Below the pieces are notes generated by a model. It had not been told where the DNA came from. It did not search any database and worked only from the letters and a program-made list of their open reading frames with translations. A stretch of 62,222 bases of DNA, counting the filler, from Gonapodya sp. JEL0774 (taxonomy: Eukaryota), in assembly GCA_027604505.1 (NCBI GenBank). It is 7 parts of 7 records of this genome, joined end to end, with 100 filler letters (N's around TTAATTAATTAA, not from the genome) between each part and the next. Parts side by side here need not be neighbours in the genome. Positions count along the whole stretch, not along the records: positions 35,804 to 44,572 come from JADIIX010000438.1; positions 44,673 to 53,414 come from JADIIX010000439.1; 5 more parts are not named here. One strand, given 5' to 3'. Positions 37,642-49,230 of the stretch are shown here, in pieces (position 1 is the stretch's first letter; each line of letters opens with the position of its first letter). A program made the translations under genes and the position numbers.

Positions 37642-40600
37642 TCACACTCTTGGTGGCCACTCGAACTCCCCGCAGTCACTTTCCCCACTACCATCCAAAT
37701 TATCTTGCAACAGCGCCATGTTTGATACTTCACGAGGATCCCTGTCCCCATAGGTGACACAGGCATTCTCGTCTTCGTGCTCTTCATCATTACCTGGCCG
37801 CACCGAATGATGATGAAATCCCGCCCACCATTCCTCCGCATCACACTGTACGTCATCTACTGTAACTGTCCTATACCCTTTCATGTGAACCAATCAGTTG
37901 TCGCAATTGGTGGACTGGAAGTTGCATGTCGCGAGCATGCCCGGACGAATCTTGGTCTTCTGCTCTGGCTTTACTGACAGTGTCACTTGCGCTGAAATCC
38001 ACCTCAAAAGGTGCTCATCACCGTGCCAACGCAGAGCTGAAGTAGTACGTGTGGGTTTCAAACGGTTGCGAACGAGGTCTGGGGATTCACGGCAACTTAC
38101 AGTGAGACAAAACTTTGGACAAAAGATAGTACTCACTGTGCAATTAGCAAGAAGATCACAGGATTGAGTGGCCAGCCCCACAGTTCCATAAGTGAGGGCA
38201 CAGTTGTATGGTCCCAGACGGGAATGAACATTGCCTAATTTCCATGACAGGCATATTCTATGCTCACTCGGCACTGAGCTGTCATCCTCTTCCACCAACA
38301 CAGCGGGATATTTTCCAAGTTCCCAGTTGTATGCTTTGATGCGGTCGGTGTTGCCAAATCGAAGCCAGCACCCCATGCCAGTTGTTTTGGGGAATGTCGA
38401 CTCGTAAGTACTCACACCTCTGCCAACGACGTCGATCATGACTTTCCTCTCCAAAACATCCAGCTCCTCTTCCATACTCCTCACCAACAATTCCATCGGT
38501 GCTGCGAGGAATTGGATGGACACATGGGGCCCATGTTTCCATCGGTGTTGCGAGGAATTGGATGGACACATGGGGCCCATGTTTGATGACGAACTGAGCA
38601 GTTGACAACCTGTCCATCCCAAGTAGTACCTTGACACTGTCGGGGAATTTTGCAGGATCAAATGTCATGCAGAGTGGGTTCCAGCCATTGCTCCCCTCTG
38701 TGTTGCCGTGTTGCTCAAGAGCGAGGTATGGGTAGGTCGGCCTTCCAGATGTTGAAATGTAGTTTACCCCCTGACGGTGGATCAGTCCATCACTGAAAAG
38801 GCATAACAATGCCGTAATAGATACCGCCCATGGACTGATATTGAGAAGATACAGGTTGAAGATATTTTAGATTACTGTTCGCCTTCACTGTATCACTTGT
38901 GCTGAAATGAGAATCACGTAAACTCACACTTCACTTGTAGGTAGAGCTTCGACATTCAGTGCCTCTCTGAAGCGACTGAACTCTCTGCCAAATAGAGTGA
39001 ACATCACCTCAGTATACTTCATTGAGAGCAAGCCTTGTTTGTGGTACTTGTTCCAAAGTTTGTGTACCAAAAGTGACTTGACTCTCGGACCTGTACGAGG
39101 ATCGGACCAGCGCGCAGTGTGCAACCACAAAACGAAGGGTGAAGTGCACAAGCTTTTCTGAATCACAAATGGAGATACCTCCTCAGGAACTGTCCATTGT
39201 TGCGTGGTGCAGTGAGGTGTGAGGGTGCGGTGTTAGGAGTAGTGGGGTGGGGTGTAAGGAGTGAGGGTGCAGTGACAGGAGTGGGGGTGGTCCAAACGTA
39301 TTTACAGCGAGCAAAATCACAGAACATCCACTGAACCGCCAGCGAGAGTGCTTTCTCGTGGTCATGCTTATGATGATCAGTCACCCACTCACCTGGAGAT
39401 GGTAGATATCTGGTCCCTGAAATGACATGCAGCATCACATAGATATGCGATATGCGACCTGGCATCATCGTGCCTGTCCATTGTCTGGTCAGCAGAGAGG
39501 CGTCCAATCTGCACCCGGAAGACCTTTTTCCCTTTCTCATATGTGGGCGCATTTGTTCCGGAGTGTGATGTTGACGCTCCCGTGTTTGGCTGCAGAGTAT
39601 CGTGTGCAGAAAAGGTCGTAGTTCCCACATCCAAACCAAAACACATGAGAAAGTCAGTGATAGCGGATTACAATTGAATGAGAGTACCGTGAATCGAAGA
39701 CAGGGGTTGATCCACTCTCACATTGTTACACGTCGCACTTTTCACCTTCGTCCTTTTCCGCACCGGGCCTTTGGATGAGTATGCGACACCTGCTGCGGCA
39801 CCTGAACCCCCCGGCTTCAAATTTACCGGTTGTCTGCTCCTAAAAACCCTCCCAGTTGATTCTGGTGAAGGTGGGTCCCCTGGTGTTCCATCCTCACTCG
39901 GTTGTTGGTCATCTGGGACAAACAACCCGGAATTTCCACGAGGAAGGTCCATTCGCGACTCAGATACAGCGTGGGAACCTGTTAGCAATGGTGTCAGTGA
40001 CGTAGATTTGTGCGAGTACACAATGGAACCCTGTAGACCAGGTGTGGATGGAGTTGACAATAAAAGCCGCTCCACTCAGTGTCTGAAAGTTGAGATGTCC
40101 TTCGCAGCAAACGAAGCATCAAGCACTGGAGGTGGAGGTGGAGCGAAACTGGAGGGTGGCTCTGTTGGAAGATGAGCATTTCCTTCCGTGGTAGTGTCAG
40201 GTCCAGACACGTCTAGATCCATATCAAATGTCACATGGAGCTGCAAATCTTCCTCATCGCCAATTGTCTCCATCTCAGTTGTTGCAATTCCTGACTGATC
40301 ATCCACGGTCGTCGCCACGACTTGTGCAAATAAGCTCGTTAGAGCCACACTGCGAGACTGGAGCGGTGCAGATTCACCAGTTGTGTAGAGGATTCCAAGA
40401 CCTCCAACACTGCCAGCACGCTGTTGGCCCCCAATTGGCAAAGATGCAGACACAATAGTCTCACAATCTTAACCCGAGGGACCTGCAGCGTAATCAAAGT
40501 CCATTGCATTGGAGGTCAAACCAGTAGGTTTGATGGACGCTGTCTTGCTTGGTAACAGCGTCTTTTTGCAAACAGGCATCTGTCATGCATGTAAGATCGA

Positions 40601-42260
40601 TTGTAGGTCAGTGAAAGACAACAACGTCAAAGTTATGGCATTATAAAGATTACTCACTACGTCTCTCCTCTTGCTTTGCAGTCGCTTGGAATCCGGTTTG
40701 GTACCTGGACGTGCAGTCGTGGTTGTTACCTTGAAGGTTCGCAACATCCGCTGATAGGTTTTTTTAGTCTGGTGTCTCCTGTGGCGAGATGATCACCGTG
40801 TCGTCTACTTCAGGATCCATCTGCGTAGGACAAGCAACAGATGCCTGCGGTGACAATATCTTGCGAATGGCCTCTACCTCTGTGCTACGCAGAATCCCTG
40901 GATAGAGCAGTATTTGATGGAACAATTGGAGCCAAATTCTGGGTGTGTGTTTGTTTCGCAAACCTGGACCAAGCGATGCAATCACCATGAAGTCTATGGG
41001 GTCGTAATAGTTCTTTCCCAAGGCCACACTCAAGAAAAAGAGGAATGCCTTGTAAAGATTGATACACAGCAGTGGCCAATCTGTCATTCCAAACAACGAC
41101 ACGTTCGAGATTGGTACTCATTCCATGAGGTGACAAAGTGGCGGTACATCACCCTGGTTCTCTGAATTGCACACGTGGGTTGATGCAATGGAAAGGGTGT
41201 CGCGCATTGCCTTGTTAGCGCAAAACGTGACCGGACTTCTCAATGCCCAGTCCAGTGTCGCGTTTCTGCCTGGACACATTAATGAGCTTTTGAGGGGTTG
41301 GTGGCGGTTGCGACGTATCTATATTATTCTCAATCGCTCGCTCACTGTGCACTACTGTGGTCACTAGTGCTACACACTCGCCCCACACTCCAAGTCCAAC
41401 TGCTCTCTACATAACTCCACAACCAGGAACGCTAGAGAGATCGTTCAAGTACCAAAACGTATCTACTCTTCAAGGCGGTTCCAATGCGCCTATCGGCGTC
41501 CTTCTAGCAATGTCCGTTGTTGAGCTATTCAGCATCCAAACTCCACCTGTACTTCAATACACATTCCAACTGTTGCAGAAGTTCCATCCCGTGAACGGCC
41601 TCCAGGAAAAGCAATCATGTGAAGCACATTTGTCATCCCTGCCGCTTGATCCCAATCTGCGAGCTTGAGTTCAGACATGCAATCAATTTTGTCGTCCTTA
41701 TTCAAAATATGTGGATGTATCCTCAACGAGGGGTTTTCCTTGTTGTGCTGTAAAACCTATTCGTTCCAGCTATCAGGAAATTTGAGACTCCCAGCATGCT
41801 GAGCCAGAAGATTACACAGACATTGGAGCAGGAAGATCATCCCATGTCTCATACCGCGCACATTGGCTTCATAATGCAACAGCATTTGTGACATATTGTG
41901 GAGGCTCATTCGAGATCCTTCAAATGTGCGAATGAGTCTGCGCTGAAGTGTTGAATTCGTTTTGACAGAGAGATGCTCAGCATCAGTTTGAGCAGTTCTA
42001 GCAGAATTGACATATTCATCGAAAGGGACCAGTGGTGTTGTTGGCATATCTCAGTCAGGTTGATGACGTTCCAGCGACCGACTGAGCTGAGATGAAGCTG
42101 ACCCCTCCTCCATCGAAGAAATTTGTTGTAAGAAATCCTTGACCGTAGAGATGACAGTATTAAAGCAGCAAAAGGTGAGAGCTGCAGGATTTGATCTTAC
42201 TGCAAAGGGGTTGTAAATAGATTGTACGAGATCATGGGCTGAGCTTGTCGGTACAACCAA
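37642..42260 (-). pseudogene. Large decayed gene (or genes) with a divergent SET-like domain near the 3' end
   Basis: Chain of co-oriented broken ORFs. 38000-38430 encodes GVSTYESTFPKTTGMGCWLR..IKAYNWELGKYPAVLV..TYGTVGLATQSCDLLANC..LKPTRT..GDEHLL, which follows SET motif order. A 46-bp duplication causes a frameshift. Confidence 0.4.
38493..38584. repeat. 46-bp tandem duplication (2 copies, 1 mismatch)
   Basis: CCATCGGTGYTGCGAGGAATTGGATGGACACATGGGGCCCATGTTT x2. Confidence 0.97.
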
Positions 42261-42355
42261 ACTGAACGTTCACACTCACAGGAGAATTACCAACACCCCC
42301 CTTCAAAAAGTCTGAAAACCGACCTCGTTCCATTCAAGAAATATACTCAGACTGT

Positions 42356-43885
42356 TTGCTACAATTACAGCATCTGTACGTCGCGTGTGCAGGATTCCTA
42401 CCCGTCAAGAGAACAATCAGAGAGACTCCAACGGCCGATCATTCAAACCCACACTCGCAGGCCAGACTGGGGGAATGCTTGCTCATCATGGGGGACACTG
42501 CGAAACATGTCCCAGTATCTCACTTGGGTGATCCTGAGGTGGCCAAAAGGCTGTTGTCGGCAATCAGGTCAAAAGGTTGCGCCATCGTCCTTGACATGGT
42601 GCACCCATTCAAGCTCGAGTACATGGCAGACATCCTGAGCACGATGCACCCTACAAAAGACAGTCCTGGCTATGTGGACACTATCTTCAACGATCACGAA
42701 GTGGACAGCGAGCAGAACGATAGGCGTAGACACCAAATGAGCTGCGTTGGTCTCAGATATTTTTCTAATTGTACGGGGACAATTTGACAAACTCGGAATA
42801 TATAAAACACACCACTGTGCAGGGTTTAACACGCTTGTCAGCAAACAAGGGTGTAAAAGGCAACTAGCGCACATGGACTTTGACTCCAGCAGACGGCCAA
42901 GCCAAGTGAATGTGGACCCAGGACACTACCCTCGATCGCTATTACTTGCCACGCCATTCGGTGCCCAATGCGGCTATTTGGAGCTCGTGATTTACCCAGG
43001 TTCGGAAAATCTCGATGCCAACATGCTTTGCCTTCCACAGGGGGGTGCTTCGTCTGCGGCAACTTCCCCGACCTCGCACACCGCCGACATGATGTTCGTT
43101 GCACAGACCATTCAAATCCCTGTAGGGGCCGGCCTGTTCTTCTGCAACATTGTACACGCCGGTGCTCCTTTACCGAAACCTTCACCTCGAAACTTCCACC
43201 TCCACGTATATCTGGCAAGTAACAATACGAACCTCAAATCCTACGTTGGCAATCAGACTGTGTATTGGGAAGGTGAACGTGCGCGCAATCTACCTGTGCG
43301 GTTGATACATGGCCCAGACAGGGGTGCATCCCGCGGTGAGGTAAGTGTAGGACAGGACAAGGTTGACTTATGGTGGTGCGAGTGTGCAGCAAGACGAACA
43401 ATTCAACACTGAACAATCCACAAATGTAGGTGCTCCCAGTGATGACAGCAACGGGGTGAAGCGACACTCTATTCGGTGGTGACAGCGATCTCAGTGACCT
43501 CAGCTCATCTGAAGACGAAACTAACGATTCCAGCACCTGCAACCCTCGCATGTCCACAAGCTACGAAGTATCCCCACACGAGTTCAACTCGAAGGGGAAA
43601 GAGAAACACGTCACTGATGACCAGTCTCACTTCACAGTTGACTACATCCACAAAGAGCGCACTGCGAGACCTGACCTTTACGAAACACACAAGCAAATAG
43701 CAAAACACAGGGGAGATGCCAACAACAGGAGAAAGAATGAGAATTTGGCGAAAGCACAGGCGGGGCCCTCCTTGTCAAGGGGTGCAGATGCCGGTGCGGC
43801 GAGGCAGAGGGGACGTCGGACACGGATAAAAAAGCGAAAACGTCGTGTCAGTAGTGAAAGTGAAGACGAAGATTATTCCAATTGA
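42356..43885 (+). pseudogene. 2-oxoglutarate/Fe(II) dioxygenase (PhyH-like fold) with acidic linker, chromo-like fragment and NLS; disrupted
   Basis: TIFND..NDRRRHQ; frame switch near 42750; SKQGCKRQLAHMDF (HxD); LVIYPGS; IVHAG (distal His); RNFHLHVYL. Intron 43341-43428, in-frame TGA at 43457, then DSDLSDLSSSEDE..HFTVDYIHKER..KKRKRR. Confidence 0.7.
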
Positions 43886-44095
43886 GGAGAGCGTACTTTG
43901 TTCCTTTACTTCGAGGGAGGTTACCCCATTTCTCCTGTGCGGTTGCCTTATGTGCCGGCATATGATTCTTCATTGTTGTAATAGTGATATGGATCGAGAA
44001 CTTAAGCGAATTGAATGACAACGCAAGCATTTTTATTATAGAACTTGTGCCATCCACCTCAGTTTGGGAAATTGGTAAGCGCTGTTAAGTCCCAC

Positions 44096-44491
44096 TAATT
44101 ACTGGAGCGAAATTACTTGCTGTAAAATTTTCTGCAAGTGTGTCCTTTACAGTTTTGTTCTAGCGTTATTAGTTAGTGAGCTACATTAGGGAACGTGGGT
44201 AACTTCGTGCACACATTGGAGGACGGTGCTATGGTCGTCGGATAAAGTAGATTAAGCTTTCTCTGTACGGTGTGTTCAAATATGTTGAGCGGTTATAATT
44301 CACTTCGTCGAACACGTAGTACAGAAAAAGCTTAATCTAGTTTATCCGACGACCATAGCACCGTCCCCAAGTGTGTGCACGAAGTTATCCACGTTCCCTA
44401 GTATAACTCACTAACCAATAACGCTAGAACAAAACTGTAAAGGACAAACTTGTAGACAATTTTACGGCGAGTAATTTTGCTCCATTAATTA
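44096..44491. repeat. 396-bp foldback / MITE-like inverted repeat (arms ~185 bp, short spacer)
   Basis: Left arm TAATTACTGGAGCGAAATTACTTGC..GTCCTTTACAGTTTTGTTCTAGCGTTATT..GGTGCTATGGTCGTCGGATAAA is the near reverse complement of ~44307-44491. Confidence 0.95.
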
Positions 44492-44572
44492 ACCACGAAT
44501 TCCAACTCCCTGTTGCACTAGAGCCATCCGAAATGTCGAAACACCCATATCTCAACACTCCCCCTGAAACAA

Positions 44573-44672
44573 NNNNNNNNNNNNNNNNNNNNNNNNNNNN
44601 NNNNNNNNNNNNNNNNTTAATTAATTAANNNNNNNNNNNNNNNNNNNNNNNNNNNNNNNNNNNNNNNNNNNN
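44573..44672. other. Artificial contig linker
   Basis: N44-TTAATTAATTAA-N44. Confidence 0.99.
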
Positions 44673-44749
44673 AATTCTCATTTGGGGTGGTGGCGAAACA
44701 CCCCAGGAGGCACCACCCCATGTGGGGTACCCCAGAATTCACATATGCC
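44673..44749 (-). repeat. Transposon terminal repeat copy A (truncated by contig start)
   Basis: Exact 77-bp reverse complement of 49088-49164. Confidence 0.93.
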
Positions 44750-45660
44750 CTCTGGTGTCATGTGCCTCTTGACCGAATCAATTTTTGGGAATCTCGTCCC
44801 TAAGCCGGCCCGACTCCTTCCCTCAACCACGTACCCGTTTTTTTACTTCCATCACTATAATCGACTAGAAAGAGAGCGCTGACCGTTCCGGAAGACATAT
44901 GGTGGGAATATTTTCCGTGCCGGGGACCCGGACCCTCCGTCACTCCGAACCACAAAGAACCTCTTCCCTTTATCGCCGCTCGAGAGCCGCTCTTGCTCTC
45001 TATGCTTTGAAAATATGCTAAATCGAAGAGAAAGCGGGACTTCCCCGATGATTACGGACTTCCCTGATGAAAATGTCCGAATCGGAGACATTGGAATCTT
45101 GTCTGTTTTCGCAATCGGCAATCCCTCGCAGTTTTTTTCGTTCCGCTCTGCAGCTCACGGTGAGGGCCACTGGACCGGTCACAGGGTGTTCGCGTCTGGT
45201 GGAAGTCGTACCGTGCGACCTTGCTGCACCAGATGCATGAATCTCCGTTACAAGTACTTTCGATCGTTGCAACGCTTCAGGTGATTCACGATGCGTAAAT
45301 AACACGACATGGAGCCACTGGACATGGTTTCGGCAGTCTGATCTGTCCCGCTCCACAGCTAAGTGAATGTTCAATACTTGCCCTCCTGATCACGCGGTAT
45401 CTTTTTTTCGGTTGCCACTATATACAACTGTGCCCTGCAATAACAGCAAGCACTTGTCCCTCCTCTTTTCTTAAACATCACAAGAAGATATATACGGCGC
45501 TATTCCCATCCGTTCCATTTTGAATACTCAAACTCGATTTCCAGTCCAACTCAAGTCGTTCCTTAGCACTGTGCTTTCGCTATCGCTGTGGACGGGCCCT
45601 GGGTGAGTGCAGTCAGTGTCCGTCTCGTTCGTTTTGAAGTCGTCGATTCATTACCCACGA

Positions 45661-47844
45661 TCACCGTTTCTGCCGCTTCTGACTCTCCTCATTTCTTCCC
45701 TCCACTACCTCCGTTTGTTGTGGCATTAATACCTTGACCTTATCACTCTCAACCTGGAACATCTCCCCCGTCAGCAATCTGAGCGCCGAGCTCTCCGATT
45801 CAGAGATCCGTGCTCCGACAATGACCGTCGCGCTCTCCGTGCTTGCTCCAGTTGTAACCGATATTGAAGTTATACGATTTTTTAACACTAATCATCCCGT
45901 GGTGAGTTTTTTCTACGTGACAGAAGAATCGCGTGATACTCACCTGCGGCTATATCCACACAAAGCTCATCCTTCATTTCCGCTCTCATCGTAGGTCCCT
46001 TCACCAAAATGGTTATCTTGGCCTCGTCCAGGTCGTCCACAGCTTCGGATGCCGTCCGTTTACCACGCTCCCTTTTTGGCTGCCTGTCCTCACGGATCCG
46101 CCTCTCGATCTTCGTGATCTTCTCGGATTGCTCACTTTGTGTTGCGGTGAGTTTGTCGACACTCTCCTGTAAAGATCTCTGTCCCAGAAGAACAGAAGGT
46201 ATCCCTAACTCCGGTCCCATCGCCATCGCAAGTTCCTGACCAGCTACTGCGATCTTCATCTCCTGGTGGGTTTGGACTGTCTCGGAGGTGTTAGTGACTG
46301 GCTGCGGGGGTTGCGTGTGGTAAGTTGGGAACAGTTTGTAGTAAATCTTTGATCTCGCATCTGTTGTTTCCGACCGGATCAAGTGATCGAGTTCGTTGCG
46401 TGCGGCGATGAATGGGAACCGCAAAGAGCTCTGTCTCTTCGATGCCAACTCGTAGCACTCGCGAAGGTCTTCGGCCATTGCGCTGCCAAACAAACAAGGC
46501 TTAGTATTGCCGCAAGCACTCAAGATTTGAGTATGTACCTTGCCATTGTTTCTACTTTCAACCGTATATCTTCACATCTATTCACGTCATCGTTGCTTAG
46601 GTTGTAGAAGAGGTCAAAGTTGAAAGGCTCGAGGCTCGACGCGATCGCTGATCCGAAGAACACCGACTGCATTCCATTTGTTTCGACGATCATCCGGGGC
46701 CCATGGGCGTGCCATCGATTGCGGAACGTTTTCACCGCGGCGAAACTGTCTCCTCGAGCTCCGTTTGCTCCAGTCAGGTAAGCAGCCTGCCGGATCTCCC
46801 CGTTAGTGTCCTCTGACTTCCAAGTCTTTTTAAACAGAGCCTTTGAAACCTCATGCCTGTGCATGATGTTCAATATCGGGAGGACGTCAAGTTTAAAAAT
46901 ATCGTCGAGAATCGTGAGGTCAGTCTCTCTGTGTTCCAAGATATCTGTTTTCCTGATGTTATTGACGAGTTCCATATCTTCTCCGAGAATCTGCCGCACT
47001 ATAATTTGGTACAGAACTGTGGCCTCATCTAGCAAGACATACAACTCTCGGGTGAGTTTCCTATCCTGTTTGTGAAGTGCCTCACCTGGGGTGAACCAAT
47101 GTGTGAGTGGGGTTGCTTCATCAGGAGACACACTAGAACTGGTGAGTTTACCAGGAAGCATCGCCCAGAGTTGCTCTTTCGCCGCGTTGAAGGTCTCTCG
47201 GACCACGCCGGTCACGATGTTCAGTGCCGTGGAACTGCTCCTTGGCTGGCCGGAAGTTTTGAGGCTTGCAGTTGTTTCCCTCTTCACATCATCGGCCTCT
47301 GAATGCGTATTGGAATTGGAAGCGGTATCGACAATATCTTGAGAACTCTGAAAGTGGCCTCCATTGGTGGCGGTTCAATAAAGAATAGAATGAAGGTCCA
47401 ACTCACAAGTTCCCAAGCATGTTCTTCGACAAGTTTGGCGACCCTTCGGACCGAGACAATGAATGTAATCGTCTCTAATATCGTGGTGATTCGTGGATGG
47501 TCAGTCCATTTCAAGAACTAACTTGGTGAACCGCAAATGTACTGACTTTCCTCGTTTGTAACTCGCATATCATGTTTTTGGCCTGCCTTTCGGTAGCATT
47601 CCAGTCCGGATGGCGTTGTGAGGAAGCGGTGGAGGCATTCGAGGAATCCAGGCAACAACGCAGGGAACTTGGGCGGAACGCCAGCGACAGCCGAAATCAA
47701 GTCAGCGTATTGGATTTCTTGGACGAGTTTTGCCGAGTTCGAGGTCATCTGACAGGCTCCCGATGCCATCGCGCCAGATTTTGGGAATTGGTCAATGGTT
47801 GGCAAGTTTGCAGACTTGTGTTTCGGTCCCCTCTCCCCCACCAT
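45661..47844 (-). CDS. Spliced hypothetical protein with a HEPN-like domain and coiled coil (start uncertain)
   Basis: ORFs 47518-47910, 47284-47514, 46520-47287, 45888-46523 and 45661-45888 join in frame via GT-AG introns. Contains LDVLPILNIM..W..GDSFAAVKTFRNRWHAHG. Confidence 0.55.
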
Positions 47845-49087
47845 ATCTAACCCTAAAATGAACGTAACTCGCAATTGAATGAAACGGCGTGTTGCGATGT
47901 CCGTAGACACACCGCGGACTTTTTGCCCTGTTACTTTGGACTACTCGAGGCAACATAGCACGTGGACAATTCAATCAATGATGCAGAATTTTGGTATCAG
48001 ATCATCTTTACCACCAGAACATTAATGCTGCAGTGAACACGGGGGTATCAACGGCGATGAGTACCCAACACTGGTCTCTCTGGAACCCGCAACAGGTGGA
48101 CTCAAACGAAGTCCACAACGAGTGGAAAAAATTACCATTCCGTTGCTCCGTTGCGATAAATATTCGTTGTTAGGTCGTGGCGATATTGAGGGTTGAACGT
48201 TACGTGACTTTGGACAATTTAGTTGATGTGCAACCGCTGGGGCAAGTAATGTCAGGGTTTCAATTGACACGTGAAACTACTTGTGTCTCAGGAGCAGTTT
48301 GGAAGGAGGAAATGGCGAATATTTGCTGGTTTCACTTTGTGAAAGTTGTCTGGCGTGGCACACCCACTGGGATGGTGCGCATGAGTACAGCTTCCTCGCC
48401 AGTCATCATTTCAGGTTGTCCTTTGCTCAGCTAATGACCACTGTGCAACGAACCCTCGGCAAACGGCAAAGCACGGCAGAATTCGGCTTGAGTCGTCCTG
48501 TTCCGGTGGATTGCGTTCGGCGCACACCTACTGGACGTGCATCACGTTTCCTTCGGATGAATCGACGTTCGATTGGGGAATCGGCACCCTGAATAGCGTG
48601 CAATCGAATCCAGTGAAACGTCCATTCTTTTAGGGACTCTGGTTGCTGCTGAATCGTAGATAATCGAGTCCTCATAGAGCATGAGCCCTGTGCTTGAGGA
48701 TGCAATTGTGAGATTGTGAGTCTATTCTGTCTGGAGGTCGATGGGTCGCGATTGTGTTGTTAATCACTTGCCGCGATTCACTGAATCCGAAACTCTGGTA
48801 TCGCATTCATTCGATTATCTTGCGACGATTGTGATGACCTGCGAGTGCAGAGCTACTCTTCGAAAACAGATCAGATGAGGTCAACAGAAGGAGATTGTGG
48901 GATATCCGTTTCAACTTTCACCTCCATCACGACGACACCGCGACGCGATATGACATGAGTCCTCACGTAACAGGAGAGCGACAGGTGGAAAGTGGGTAAC
49001 ACCGGCATGCTACATACGCGCTGTGCACGGAGTCGACCATATTAGTGACCAGCAGTTTGTGTGTGTCACAAGTCAAAATGGCAAACA

Positions 49088-49230
49088 GGCATATGTGAAT
49101 TCTGGGGTACCCCACATGGGGTGGTGCCTCCTGGGGTGTTTCGCCACCACCCCAAATGAGAATTCTGGGGTGGTTTGGGGTGGTCCATTGACAATTCTGG
49201 GGTGGTTTTTTAGAATTCTGGGGTGGTTTC
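49088..49230 (+). repeat. Transposon terminal repeat copy B with subterminal AATTCTGGGGT repeats
   Basis: Starts GGCATATGTGAATTC. AATTCTGGGGT occurs at about 49098, 49161, 49193 and 49215. Confidence 0.9.

Noticed and set aside
43345..43412. WWCEC zinc-binding motif after the dioxygenase
   Set aside because: Falls inside the predicted intron 43341-43428.
44096..44749. Linking the contig 5 cluster with the contig 6 transposon as one system
   Set aside because: They are separated by a linker at 44573-44672, so the adjacency is arbitrary.
45661..47910. Overlapping minus-strand ORFs as a prokaryote-like operon or frameshifted pseudogene
   Set aside because: Each junction coincides with a GT-AG intron that restores a single reading frame.
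49088..49230. CRISPR-like array
   Set aside because: Short irregular 11-13 bp motifs without constant-length unique spacers; eukaryotic context and no cas genes.
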